From: an uncultured Helcococcus sp.
GTDB taxonomy: Bacteria > Bacillota > Clostridia > Tissierellales > Peptoniphilaceae
Reading direction: 5' to 3'
Assembly: GCA_937926545.1 (NCBI GenBank)
Contig: CALAZW010000067.1
Location: 1,062-65,061 of the forward strand
Length of the DNA stretch: 64,000 nt
Positions 11,722 through 21,375 of this stretch are shown here, one piece after another. The stretch's first letter is position 1, and the number at the start of each line of letters is the position of its first letter. Made by a program: the position numbers and the translations under genes. The notes beneath the pieces are model-generated. The model did not search any database and was not told the origin of the DNA. It saw nothing but the letters and a program-made list of their open reading frames with translations.

Positions 11722-12603
11722 ATGATAAAAAATACGACACATTTCAATATGGATGGTCTTGCTATCGAAAATGAAGATCTTAGGCTTATCGCCCTTCCAG
11801 AACATGGATTTAAGATAGCCTCTATCTATCATAAGAAAAAGGACTTTGAGTATCTCTTCCAACCAAGTAAAAAAAGATATGACTTGGCCAGTCACGGAGC
11901 TGACTTTAGCAAGTATGATACATCAGGTCTGGACGACTGCATACCATCAATTGACCCTTGTAAATATATGGATACTGATATAGATTTAGTAGACCATGGG
12001 GACCTGTGGAGTATACCTTGGAAAGTAATAAATACAAATGGGAAGATAAAGGGAGAGGTAAGACTTCCCTCTCTTCCCCTTTTATTTGTAAGGGAGATTT
12101 CCCTGGAAGGTAAATCCATAGTTCTAGACTATAAAGTAATAAATGATACAGATGAAGATATTTACTATCTTTGGACCTTGCACGGCCTAAACTACTTTAA
12201 TGACTTTAGCCGTCTAGAGTTTTCAAAGGACATGGTAAATTACATAAATGTTCAAAATGATGAAAGCTGGGACTTTGACCTTAAGGACCTTTCGGCCTAT
12301 CCTAAGGACCACACTTTTAAATACTACTTTACAGATGAAATAGAAGATGGCTGGGCCCTAATAGACTATAGGGATAAAAAGACCAAGTACAAGGTTAATT
12401 TCAATCCTAAGGACAATCCTTATATGGGAGTTTGGATCACTACTGGAGGATTTAAAAATGAATCTAATGTGGCCCTAGAGCCTTGCAATGGCTTTTATGA
12501 TTCCCTGGAAAAGGCCTTGGATAATAAAAAGGTAAAAAGCGTTAAGGCCAGGTCTGAAGACAGCTGGCAAATTAGAATAGATATAATAGATTATGAGGAG
12601 TAA
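11722..12603 (+). CDS. Aldose 1-epimerase (galactose mutarotase)-like protein
   Basis: Beta-rich 293-aa protein with HGDLW and a LEPC-type pattern. It sits between the transporter and galT. Confidence 0.55.
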   Translation: MIKNTTHFNMDGLAIENEDLRLIALPEHGFKIASIYHKKKDFEYLFQPSKKRYDLASHGADFSKYDTSGLDDCIPSIDPCKYMDTDIDLVDHGDLWSIPWKVINTNGKIKGEVRLPSLPLLFVREISLEGKSIVLDYKVINDTDEDIYYLWTLHGLNYFNDFSRLEFSKDMVNYINVQNDESWDFDLKDLSAYPKDHTFKYYFTDEIEDGWALIDYRDKKTKYKVNFNPKDNPYMGVWITTGGFKNESNVALEPCNGFYDSLEKALDNKKVKSVKARSEDSWQIRIDIIDYEE

Positions 12604-12605
12604 TT

Positions 12606-13598
12606 ATGGCAGAATTTAGATATAATCCACTACTAGGAGATTGGACAATAGTGGCAGGCCACAGACAAAACAGGCCTGATATGCCCAAAGATTATTGTGC
12701 ATTTTGTCCTGGATCCGGCAAGGTGCCAGATAACTATGACGTTTTAAAATACGACAATGACTGGCCATCCATGATGCCTAATCCACCAGAACCAGACGAT
12801 GTGGCAGGAGATTTTTTCCAAGTGGGAAAATCCTATGGTAAGGCTGAAGTAATTCTTTACTCACCTGACCACCATGCATCCATCAGAGACCTTTCTGACC
12901 ACCATGCTAAAAAGTTAGTTGATTTATGGCAGGAAAGATACAGTGAAATAAAAAAGGATAAAAATATTAAATATATATTAACCTTTGAAAACAGAGGACC
13001 TGAAGTTGGAACAACCCAACCCCATCCCCATGGACAAATCTACGGCTATGGTTTTATGCCCTTAAGATTAAAGGTTGAACTTGATAATTCCAAGGCCTAT
13101 TATGAAAAAACTGGCCAGTCCCTTCTACTTAAAATGAGGGATGAAGAAATGGCAGATGGTAGAAGAATAATCATGGAAAATGATGACTTTGTAGTCTTTC
13201 TTCCTTTCTATACTGATTATCCTTATGGCTGCTATATACTTGCCAAGGATGATAATCTTCATAACTTTGAAGACTTTAGTGAAGACCAAAAAATGAATTT
13301 TGCAAGAATCCTTAAGAACCTACAAGGCACCTATGATACACTTTTTGATAGAAACTTCCCTTATATGATGGGAATCTACCAAGATGCCTTGAATGATGAA
13401 AACTATAAGGATAGCCACAACTACTACCACTTTAATGTTAAGTTCTTTCCTCCTCTAAGAGGGGCCAACTCTATTAAGTGGAATGCATCATCTGAAACTG
13501 CAGCCTGGGCCAAAACCAATCCTAGGATAGTTGAAGAAACCGCAGAAGAATTAAGGCAGGCCTACAAGAGATATAAGGAGAAAATAAATGATAGATAA
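12606..13598 (+). CDS. galT: Galactose-1-phosphate uridylyltransferase, type 1 (HIT superfamily)
   Basis: CAFCPG zinc motif and the HPHGQ active site (TTQPHPHGQIYGY). 330 aa. Confidence 0.9.
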   Translation: MAEFRYNPLLGDWTIVAGHRQNRPDMPKDYCAFCPGSGKVPDNYDVLKYDNDWPSMMPNPPEPDDVAGDFFQVGKSYGKAEVILYSPDHHASIRDLSDHHAKKLVDLWQERYSEIKKDKNIKYILTFENRGPEVGTTQPHPHGQIYGYGFMPLRLKVELDNSKAYYEKTGQSLLLKMRDEEMADGRRIIMENDDFVVFLPFYTDYPYGCYILAKDDNLHNFEDFSEDQKMNFARILKNLQGTYDTLFDRNFPYMMGIYQDALNDENYKDSHNYYHFNVKFFPPLRGANSIKWNASSETAAWAKTNPRIVEETAEELRQAYKRYKEKINDR

Positions 13599-14748
13599 AT
13601 TAATCCATGAATTTACCAATCTTTATGGTGAAAACTCTAATGAAATAAAAAAATTCTTTTCACCTAGTAGAATAAATATTATAGGCGAACACATAGACTA
13701 TAATGGAGGCAAGGTTTTTCCTTGTGCCATTGAAATAGGAACCTATGGAATAGCTAGAAAAAATGACCAAGGTCTAATCAACCTAGCCAGTATGAATATG
13801 GATCTTAGGGGCCAAATTAGCTTGAAAGATCTAAACTACAAGGAAGAGAACAATTGGATGAACTACCCTGTTGGGGTAATTAAGTTTTTAGAAGAAGAAG
13901 GCCATAAAATAGGCGGCCTGGATATTCTAATCTATGGTAATATCCCAAATGGTTCTGGCCTATCATCTTCATCCAGCCTGGAACTACTAATAGGTGAAAT
14001 AGTAAATGTCTTCTACAATGAAGGTCAAATTGACAAATTAGACCTGGTTAAAATCGGTAAGAGGACAGAGAATGAATTTATAGGAGTTAATTCCGGTATT
14101 ATGGACCAATTTATCATAGGTCTAGGAAAGAAGGACCATGCCATGCTAATTGATACCAATAGCCTGGAATATGACTACTATCCCTTTGATTTAAAAGACA
14201 ATAAGATTGTCATCTTAAATACCAATAAAAGAAGGGAACTTAAGGACTCCAAATATAATGTGAGAAGAGAGGAATGCGACCAGGCCCTAGATATTCTTAA
14301 GACCTATAAGGAAGATATAAACTATCTTTGTGATTTGGGCAAGAAGGACCTTCCCCTACTACACTATATTGGTGATGAAAATATTAGAAATAGGGCTGAA
14401 CATGCCATTAAGGAAAATCTTAGGGTTATGGAAGCTGCCCAAGCCTTGGAAAAAGGCAATATTGTAAAATTGGGACAACTTTTAGTTGAATCCAACGATT
14501 CCTTAAGAGACCTTTATGAAGTTACTGGCCCCCACCTGGATGCCATAACCAAGCATGCCAATGACTTTGACGGCTGCCTGGGTGCTAGAATGACTGGTGC
14601 TGGCTTTGGTGGATGTGGTATAGCCATAGTTAAGGAAAATATGGTAAATGAATTTATCAACTACGTTGGACCTAGATACGAAAAGGATACTGGCCTTAAG
14701 GCTGAGTTTATCATTTCTGATGTGGGCAATGGAGTTACTGAAATATAA
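13588..14748 (+). CDS. galK: Galactokinase
   Basis: GHMP kinase motifs: NIIGEHIDYNGG, PNGSGLSSSSS, GARMTGAGFGGC. Confidence 0.95.
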   Translation: MIDKLIHEFTNLYGENSNEIKKFFSPSRINIIGEHIDYNGGKVFPCAIEIGTYGIARKNDQGLINLASMNMDLRGQISLKDLNYKEENNWMNYPVGVIKFLEEEGHKIGGLDILIYGNIPNGSGLSSSSSLELLIGEIVNVFYNEGQIDKLDLVKIGKRTENEFIGVNSGIMDQFIIGLGKKDHAMLIDTNSLEYDYYPFDLKDNKIVILNTNKRRELKDSKYNVRREECDQALDILKTYKEDINYLCDLGKKDLPLLHYIGDENIRNRAEHAIKENLRVMEAAQALEKGNIVKLGQLLVESNDSLRDLYEVTGPHLDAITKHANDFDGCLGARMTGAGFGGCGIAIVKENMVNEFINYVGPRYEKDTGLKAEFIISDVGNGVTEI

Positions 14749-14752
14749 GAAG

Positions 14753-14782
14753 AAAAGAGCAGACCCTTGGTCTGCTTTTTTT
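14753..14782. terminator. Bidirectional terminator between convergent galK and ald
   Basis: AGCAGACC-loop-GGTCTGCT flanked by A-rich sequence 5' and T7 3'. Confidence 0.75.
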
Positions 14783-15899
14783 ATTTGATTAAATTTTCTA
14801 TTTTTGTGTATTCCCTATTAAAGGCCTCTGCTACGCCCAGGTAAGTTATTCTTCCATAAATAGTGTTAATACCCTTTCTTAGGGCCCTATTGTCTCTAGC
14901 CGCCTGAATAAGCCCCTTGTCGGCTATCTCCAAGGCATATCGAAGGGTCACGTTAGTCAAGGCCAAGGTTGATGTCCTAGGTACTGCTCCTGGAACATTG
15001 GGTACGGCATAATGGACCACACCATGCTTTACAAAGATAGGTTCATGAATGCTGGTTGGAGAGGCTATAGTTTCTACAGATCCTCCCTGGTCTATAGCTA
15101 TATCCACAATAACACTGCCATCTTCCATATCCTTTACCATCTGTTCTGTTACCAGCTTGGGTGCCCTGGCACCAGGTATAAGAACTGATGATATTACTAA
15201 ATCTGCTGTCTTAAGGGCATTTTTTATATTATAGCTATTGGAATACAGGGTTTCCAACCTGTCATTGTGAACCTCATTTAAATACTTAAGCTTGGCTATA
15301 TCCACATCGAGAACCGTCACTCTGGCCCCACTTCCTGCTGCCCTTTTTATGGCTCCTGTTCCAACTACTCCGGCCCCTATTATTACCACATGGGCTGGAG
15401 GAACTCCTGGAACTCCGTCTATTAGTAGGCCCTTACCCTGGTTATGTTTTTCCAGTAAAACAGCCCCTTCTTGGACTGCCATCCTACCAGCCACCTCACT
15501 CATAGGTGTAAGTAGGGGAAGGCTTCTATCATCTAATTGTACCGTTTCATAGGCTAGGGCTGTCACCTTCTTATCCAGAAGGGCATCTGTAAGCTTTTCA
15601 TCTGCTGCCAAGTGTAGATAGGTAAAGACTATAAGTCCCTCTCTTAAATACTTATATTCCTCTTCCAAGGGTTCCTTCACCTTTAATATCATGTCAGCTT
15701 CCTGCCAAACGTCTGCTGGCTCTTTTCTTATGCTTGCTCCAGCCTGGCTATAGTCTTGGTCTGAAAAACCAGATCCTAGTCCAGCTCCACTTTCTATTAC
15801 TACTTTATGATCTCTTTTAGTAAATTCCTCTACTCCCGCAGGGGTTATAGAGACTCTTGCCTCGTGATTTTTTATCTCTTTCGGTATACCAATTATCAT
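14781..15899 (-). CDS. ald: Alanine dehydrogenase
   Basis: 372 aa starting [16 protein letters not shown], with the Rossmann motif VIIGAGVVG. Confidence 0.92.
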   Translation of the reverse strand: MIIGIPKEIKNHEARVSITPAGVEEFTKRDHKVVIESGAGLGSGFSDQDYSQAGASIRKEPADVWQEADMILKVKEPLEEEYKYLREGLIVFTYLHLAADEKLTDALLDKKVTALAYETVQLDDRSLPLLTPMSEVAGRMAVQEGAVLLEKHNQGKGLLIDGVPGVPPAHVVIIGAGVVGTGAIKRAAGSGARVTVLDVDIAKLKYLNEVHNDRLETLYSNSYNIKNALKTADLVISSVLIPGARAPKLVTEQMVKDMEDGSVIVDIAIDQGGSVETIASPTSIHEPIFVKHGVVHYAVPNVPGAVPRTSTLALTNVTLRYALEIADKGLIQAARDNRALRKGINTIYGRITYLGVAEAFNREYTKIENLIK

Positions 15900-15967
15900 C
15901 TTAACCTCCTATATTTCTTAAATTATATCACAAGTTCTACTTATGTAAAAAAAAAGAGCCTAAGCTC

Positions 15968-16465
15968 TTATCTTCCTGTAGATCCTATTCCGTCGCTACC
16001 TCTTTGGGTATCATCCAGTTGGTCTACCACTTGAATATTCACCTGTAAATAAGGTTGAATAACCATTTGTACCAGCCTATCTCCCTTGCTGATAATAAGG
16101 TCTTCATCACCTTCATTAACCACAAAAATCTTGATTTCTCCCCTGTAGTCAGAATCTATAATTCCTGTAGTGTTGGCCAGGGATATTCTAAGTTTTATAC
16201 CTGCACTTGATCTGGGATATACAGCCCCAAAATAACCCTCAGGTATTTCCATCTTTAGGCCTGTTGGAACCTTAACCATTTCCCCTGGTTTTGCCACTAT
16301 AGGCTCACTGTTATTACAATAAAGGTCAAAACCTGCAGCTCCTTCAGTTCCATACATGGGAACTTGTCCATCTGCCACTATTCTTAAGACCTCTGTGTTT
16401 TTTTGCTTGATACCGTCCTTAACGTCATCTAAAAAATCTTTTATAGCATTTTTATTTTTTTCCAT
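15968..16465 (-). CDS. dut: dUTP diphosphatase (trimeric dUTPase) with a roughly 25-aa N-terminal extension
   Basis: Motifs AAGFDL, PRSS, GIIDSDYRGEI and RGSDGIGSTG. The start is uncertain, 16465 or 16486. It overlaps the upstream gene. Confidence 0.88.
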   Translation of the reverse strand: MEKNKNAIKDFLDDVKDGIKQKNTEVLRIVADGQVPMYGTEGAAGFDLYCNNSEPIVAKPGEMVKVPTGLKMEIPEGYFGAVYPRSSAGIKLRISLANTTGIIDSDYRGEIKIFVVNEGDEDLIISKGDRLVQMVIQPYLQVNIQVVDQLDDTQRGSDGIGSTGR

Positions 16466-17369
16466 TGTCCACCTCTGCTCTTCCATATAAATTTATTTCT
16501 ACAATTTCTGGCCTGTTAAAGACCCTCTTATATCTATTGGATGACAGGCCCTTGGAAACAATTAAAAGGCTATCCTCCACCCAATACCTACCTGCCTGGT
16601 AGTCCAGGTTATTTACATTTTTAGCCTTGGCTAGGCCACCTAGTCCTGGTAATCTTATAATGCCTCCAGTTTTTAGGCCGGACAAAATAAGATCATAATT
16701 TTCGTCTGCATAGACCCTAGCATAGTCTGGATTGTGGCTTATCATAATATTAAAATCTTCAGCCTCATTCTTAAACCCTGAGTTTTCAACTCTAGGTCTA
16801 GAATCTGAATCCTTAAAATTATAGCTGTAATCTTCCAACGCTTGCTTGGCTCCATATAAGTAAATATTTTCTCCCCCACTCATCAGGGCTAGCCTTTTGC
16901 CATTTAAGAGATAGATATTATTTTCTTCTAGAAAACCTATAAAGTCTTTTTTCTCCTTTTCATCCAAGGACATTTCTTCATCTCCCAAAACATAGTAAAT
17001 GGGTTGTTTAATATTGTTTTTAAGGTTTAATAAATAGTTTTTAAAGTCCTTGTCCTTGGAAATAATATTTCCTGTCAAGACAACTATATCCGGGTTTTTT
17101 ATGTCTACTATCTCCAGGATAGTCTTATTATTTTTACCAAAGTCCTTGCTGAAAACATCTGATATCTGAAGGATTTTATAACCGTTAAAGCTGGTTGGGA
17201 TATTTATGTTTTGAACATCATAGCTTTTGATGTCTACCTTCTTATTATTCCACACATTAAAGCCTGTAAATAAAAATAATATAACTATCAAGCTAATAAT
17301 TATATTTTTTCTTCTTCTCTTCTTTTCAATTTTATCTCTGAAATTATATAGTAAATCTTTGCTTTCCAT
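16452..17369 (-). CDS. Membrane-anchored metallophosphoesterase homologue with degenerate catalytic motifs
   Basis: It has the architecture of the YkuE/YpbG-like family, but the signature motifs are substituted: SDVF for SDxH, TGNI for TGD, LGDEE for GNHD/E, SGLKTGGI for SGHTHGGQ. Confidence 0.7.
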   Translation of the reverse strand: MESKDLLYNFRDKIEKKRRRKNIIISLIVILFLFTGFNVWNNKKVDIKSYDVQNINIPTSFNGYKILQISDVFSKDFGKNNKTILEIVDIKNPDIVVLTGNIISKDKDFKNYLLNLKNNIKQPIYYVLGDEEMSLDEKEKKDFIGFLEENNIYLLNGKRLALMSGGENIYLYGAKQALEDYSYNFKDSDSRPRVENSGFKNEAEDFNIMISHNPDYARVYADENYDLILSGLKTGGIIRLPGLGGLAKAKNVNNLDYQAGRYWVEDSLLIVSKGLSSNRYKRVFNRPEIVEINLYGRAEVDNGKK

Positions 17370-17387
17370 AACTACTTCCTTATATTT

Positions 17388-17416
17388 AAAAAAGCGGCTG
17401 GATTAACCAGCCACTT
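17388..17416 (-). terminator. Intrinsic terminator after rnpB
   Basis: GUGGCUGG-UUAAU-CCAGCCGC followed by U6 on the minus strand. Confidence 0.75.
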
Positions 17417-17746
17417 GCGAGCAAATCCGTAAGCCGTGTTCTGTTTCTGATAATCATCTATCTAGCCTTATAGTCGCCTATAAAGTCAAGCAATCCACCT
17501 TTTTGGACCATGACCAGCTGCCATGTTTTATGTCCCTTCGATCTTGCACCGGATGGGGTTTACATAGCCAAATAGTTACCTATTCGCTGGTGAGCTCTTA
17601 CCTCGCCTTTCCACCCTTACCTATTGCTAGGCGGTATATCTCTGTTGCACTATCCTTAGAGTCGCCTCCACCAGACGTTATCTGGCATCCTTGCTGTATG
17701 GTGCACGGACTTTCCTCGTATTAACGCGATTATCCGATTTACTCAC
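17415..17746 (-). ncRNA. rnpB: RNase P RNA (ribozyme component). Ends are approximate.
   Basis: The minus strand carries GAGGAAAGUCCGUGCAC (CR-I), GAUAGAUGAUUAUC and ACAGAACACGGCUUACGG (CR-V). P1 pairs GAGUAAAUC (5') with GAUUUGCUC (3'). An extended -10 (TGTTAGAAT) lies just upstream. The 73-aa plus-strand ORF here is spurious. Confidence 0.9.
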
Positions 17747-17773
17747 TAATATTCTAACATATAATGGGAAACA

Positions 17774-18550
17774 TTAAAATATGTTTCTAAAGTTTTTTTC
17801 ATCTCCATGGTTCTTAACCACTTTTCCCCGTCCATTTTCTTCAGCCCAGTCTCCTATTAAATCCACGAAATGTCTTTCTGAATTATGGTGGCCCAGGTCT
17901 AAAATACTAAGGCCGGCCTCCATAGCATCTAGGGCGTCATGGTGTTTTATATCCCCTGTTATATAAAGGTCCAAACCCAAATTCAAACTATCCCCTATAA
18001 AAGAAGCTCCTGAACCTCCTATAAAGCCCAACTTGGATATGATTTTTTCTGGATCTCCATAAAGAATTAGTCCCTCTATATCCATGGTGGAAGCAATCTT
18101 TTTTACCAGATTTTTGGTAGCTACAGCTTCAATTTCTCCATAGGCACCATAGCCTAGACCTGGAGAAAGTTCACTTATATAGGATATTTTATCCATCTGC
18201 ATCTTTTTAAAAAAATAGTCATTTATCCCTCCATCAGCCAAATCACAGCTGGTGTGGCTGGCATAGATAACCAGGTCATTTTTTATGGCCTTAATAATCT
18301 TTTCTGACAGGGCATCAGGACCTCCTATGGATTTTACCCCTGAAAATATCATGGGATGGTGGCTAATAATCAAGTTACAGCCCTCTTCCAAGGCCTGGTC
18401 CAAAATATCCAGGGTCACATCCAAGCAGACCAAGGTCCCCTTAAGTTTTTGGTCCAATTGTCCCACCTGTAGACCACTATTGTCCCAGTCTTCCTGTAAA
18501 TCTAGGGGGATTATTTCTTCCAAGCTAGATAAAAATTCTCTTATAAGCAT
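17774..18550 (-). CDS. NIF3-family (YqfO-like) dinuclear metal-centre protein
   Basis: 258 aa with DWDNSGLQVG, ISHHP and GHHNSE motifs. Its position after trmK matches B. subtilis. Confidence 0.85.
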   Translation of the reverse strand: MLIREFLSSLEEIIPLDLQEDWDNSGLQVGQLDQKLKGTLVCLDVTLDILDQALEEGCNLIISHHPMIFSGVKSIGGPDALSEKIIKAIKNDLVIYASHTSCDLADGGINDYFFKKMQMDKISYISELSPGLGYGAYGEIEAVATKNLVKKIASTMDIEGLILYGDPEKIISKLGFIGGSGASFIGDSLNLGLDLYITGDIKHHDALDAMEAGLSILDLGHHNSERHFVDLIGDWAEENGRGKVVKNHGDEKNFRNIF

Positions 18551-19224
18551 GCTTTCAAGCCTCCTATTTCTTTTTCTTCTTCCAGAAGTTTTTTCCTTCT
18601 TAAGTTGGCAGCCCTTGTATCTATATTTTTAATATTTTCATAAATAAGGCCCAGCTCCCTTAATCTAAAGTCCAAGTAGTCTATAAAAACAGGGTCCTTC
18701 TTTTCCATCAACTTCTTGCCATACTTATAGTCAAGGGGACTATAGTCTTCCTTTAGGCCAAGTGGACTTGCAAGAATTATGGTATAGTATTTACCTTCTT
18801 CATAGACCATGACCTCATCCAGGATAGAGAAATCCTTTGCTCTTAAAAACCTTCTCAAGTGTTCTAGGGAGTTATTGGCCTGAAGGATAAGTCTTTCACA
18901 TCCCCTGGCAACATCAAGGCCTTCCTTGACAATATCAGCTATTAAATAGCCGCCCATACCTGATATTATTATGTTTTCCAAGCCATAGTCTTTTAAGTCT
19001 TCTATCCCATCTGTCACCTTGGTCTCTATATCCAAATTAGGATTATTTCTTAACTTTTCCCTTAACTTCTCCAGGGAATTTTCACTTATATCAGTAGCTA
19101 TGACCTTTCGAGGTCTTTTTTCTTCAAATATTTTTATGGCAGTAATGCCGTGGTCAGATCCTATGTCAGCCACAATTTTTCCTTCTTCTACAAAATTAAC
19201 TAATCCATCTAATCTTTTCTTCAT
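18541..19224 (-). CDS. trmK: tRNA (adenine22-N1)-methyltransferase
   Basis: VADIGSDHG SAM motif. The position after sigA matches yqfN in B. subtilis. Confidence 0.8.
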   Translation of the reverse strand: MKKRLDGLVNFVEEGKIVADIGSDHGITAIKIFEEKRPRKVIATDISENSLEKLREKLRNNPNLDIETKVTDGIEDLKDYGLENIIISGMGGYLIADIVKEGLDVARGCERLILQANNSLEHLRRFLRAKDFSILDEVMVYEEGKYYTIILASPLGLKEDYSPLDYKYGKKLMEKKDPVFIDYLDFRLRELGLIYENIKNIDTRAANLRRKKLLEEEKEIGGLKACL

Positions 19225-19266
19225 AAACCACCTTACAAAAAGACTGTCTCTTTTGAGACAGCCCCT

Positions 19267-21363
19267 TTAGAAACTTTCTAAATAATCTTTTATTTTATCG
19301 CCCTTACCTGGTCTCTTTAACTTTCTAATAGCCTTGGCTTCAATTTGTCTAATACGTTCCCTGGTTACATTAAATTCCTTACCTACATCTTCCAAGGTCT
19401 TTGGAACTCCATCATTAAGTCCAAATCTAAGTTCTAAAACTCTTTTTTCCCTGTCTGAAAGAGTATCTAGGATTTCTTCCAACTGCTCCCTAAGCATGGT
19501 TTGGTTGGCAGCCTCATCTGGAGCTAATGCCTTTTCATCTTCGATAAAATCTCCCAAATGACTGTCGTCCTCTTCCCCTATTGGAGCTTCCAAGGATACT
19601 GGTTCTTGGGCTATCTTTCTTACTTCCCTAACCTTTTCAACATCTATGTTCATTTCCTTGGCTATTTCCTCATTGGTTGGGTTCCTTCCCAATTCTTGTA
19701 GAAGTTGTCTTTGAACCCTAACCAGCTTGTTGATAGTTTCAACCATATGAACTGGAATTCTAATGGTCCTAGCTTGGTCAGCTATGGCCCTGGTTATGGC
19801 CTGTCTAATCCACCAAGTGGCATAGGTTGAGAACTTAAAGCCCCTTTGGTAGTCAAACTTTTCAACAGCCTTCATAAGGCCCAGGTTTCCTTCTTGGATA
19901 AGGTCTAAGAAGGACATGCCCCTACCCACATATCTTTTAGCTATGGAAACAACCAATCTCAGGTTGGTTTCAGCCAATTTACTCTTGGCCCTATTTCCCT
20001 TTCTAACTTGTTTATTTAAGATTTTAAGGTCGGCTTCACTAAGTTCTTCACTTCTTATCACCTTGTCCCTAATTCTGCCCTCTTCAGATATTTTTTCAAG
20101 CAACTCAATATTTTTATTGGTCAATTGGATGTCTTCATCTGAATCTATATTAAAGTCTTCTTTTAACCTTTCGAATTCCTTGTCAGAGAAATATTCTGGT
20201 GTAAGGATCATTAGGGCCTTATAGGTACAGATCATAAGTAGGTTAAACCTATCTTTTTCTATAACCAATAACTTCTTTTCTTCATTGTCAAAGACCTGTC
20301 TTAAAATAACATCAACCCTTACATAGTCTTGAAGGATCTCAAATCTTTGTTCCTTGCTTATCTTGTCTTCCTCACTTAATCTTGGAATTTCAAGCTCATT
20401 AAAGATGTCTATTAACTTATACTCAGGCTCTTCTTCCTTGGCTAGAGTAGACTTAATAGCAGCCTCCACCTTGTCGCTATTTTCCATGATATAGTCGAAG
20501 ATATCTATTCTTGTTTCATCTTCTTCTATTTCTTCTTTAAATATATTTATCTTGTTATCCAATAAATGATTTAAAATAGACCTGGTTCCAGCGACAGCAA
20601 AGGATAAATCTTCCATCTTACCATCTTTTAAATAGACTACATTTAGCCTCTTATAAATTAGGGTATTTAATAAATCCAAAATCCTAAGTTGGGTAGCTTG
20701 GTTTTCCTTAAAGCTATATCTCTTGTTTTTTTGCAAGATTTCCATAAAGTTGACCATAAAGTTTAGCTTGGTCTTATCTTCCTTGCTAACAGCCTCTATG
20801 CCTTCCTTGTTCATCTTTTCAAAAAGTCCCAATAAGAAGTCTGCATTTTCCCCATAGATTTGGTACTTGGTCATTTCAATGTCTTCTTTAACAGTAAGTC
20901 TTTGACCATTTAATATTTTTCTGGCTATTTCTCCATCTTCCATTTGCTTGGCAAAAAGGATTTCTTCATCTGCTGATAAAAGTTTTATCTTACCAATTTC
21001 CTTTAAATACATTTTTACAGGGTCATCTACAAAGGCCCCCTTAATATCTGCAAGGTCTTCTATTTTTTCAACTTCTTCTTCCTTGTCATCATCCTCTTCA
21101 TCGTCATCTTCATTTAGTTCTTCCAAGTCTTCTTCACTAAATTCTTTTTCTGGTCTATCTATAACTTCTTTTTTAATAACTTCAATTTCCAACTTTTCCA
21201 AGCTGGTTTCTATTATCTCCAAGTCATCTTCTTCCAGGGTATTATAACCCTCGATTTTTTCCAATTGTGATTGCAAGATGGTTTGTTCTTCCGATACTAG
21301 TTTTTTAGCCTCTTCTATAATAGATAACTTAATATCATCCATATCTATACTTTGTCCTGCCAT
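19267..21363 (-). CDS. rpoD: Primary sigma factor (SigA/RpoD) with a large insertion between regions 1.2 and 2
   Basis: Region 1.2 is [17 protein letters not shown]. Regions 2-4 (residues 459-698) are near-identical in pattern to B. subtilis SigA ([12 protein letters not shown]..., [39 protein letters not shown]). 698 aa, versus about 370 aa typical for Firmicutes. Confidence 0.95.
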   Translation of the reverse strand: MAGQSIDMDDIKLSIIEEAKKLVSEEQTILQSQLEKIEGYNTLEEDDLEIIETSLEKLEIEVIKKEVIDRPEKEFSEEDLEELNEDDDEEDDDKEEEVEKIEDLADIKGAFVDDPVKMYLKEIGKIKLLSADEEILFAKQMEDGEIARKILNGQRLTVKEDIEMTKYQIYGENADFLLGLFEKMNKEGIEAVSKEDKTKLNFMVNFMEILQKNKRYSFKENQATQLRILDLLNTLIYKRLNVVYLKDGKMEDLSFAVAGTRSILNHLLDNKINIFKEEIEEDETRIDIFDYIMENSDKVEAAIKSTLAKEEEPEYKLIDIFNELEIPRLSEEDKISKEQRFEILQDYVRVDVILRQVFDNEEKKLLVIEKDRFNLLMICTYKALMILTPEYFSDKEFERLKEDFNIDSDEDIQLTNKNIELLEKISEEGRIRDKVIRSEELSEADLKILNKQVRKGNRAKSKLAETNLRLVVSIAKRYVGRGMSFLDLIQEGNLGLMKAVEKFDYQRGFKFSTYATWWIRQAITRAIADQARTIRIPVHMVETINKLVRVQRQLLQELGRNPTNEEIAKEMNIDVEKVREVRKIAQEPVSLEAPIGEEDDSHLGDFIEDEKALAPDEAANQTMLREQLEEILDTLSDREKRVLELRFGLNDGVPKTLEDVGKEFNVTRERIRQIEAKAIRKLKRPGKGDKIKDYLESF

Positions 21364-21375
21364 AAAATATCCCCC

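Noticed and set aside
20948-21247. A 99-aa Ser-rich plus-strand ORF inside rpoD. The track also lists many other 60-130-aa ORFs antisense to confident genes, for example 449-691, 5432-5647, 15292-15552, 38686-39072 and 56972-57370.
   Set aside because: All lie fully inside well-supported genes on the opposite strand. They have skewed low-complexity composition and no translation signals, so they are typical shadow ORFs.
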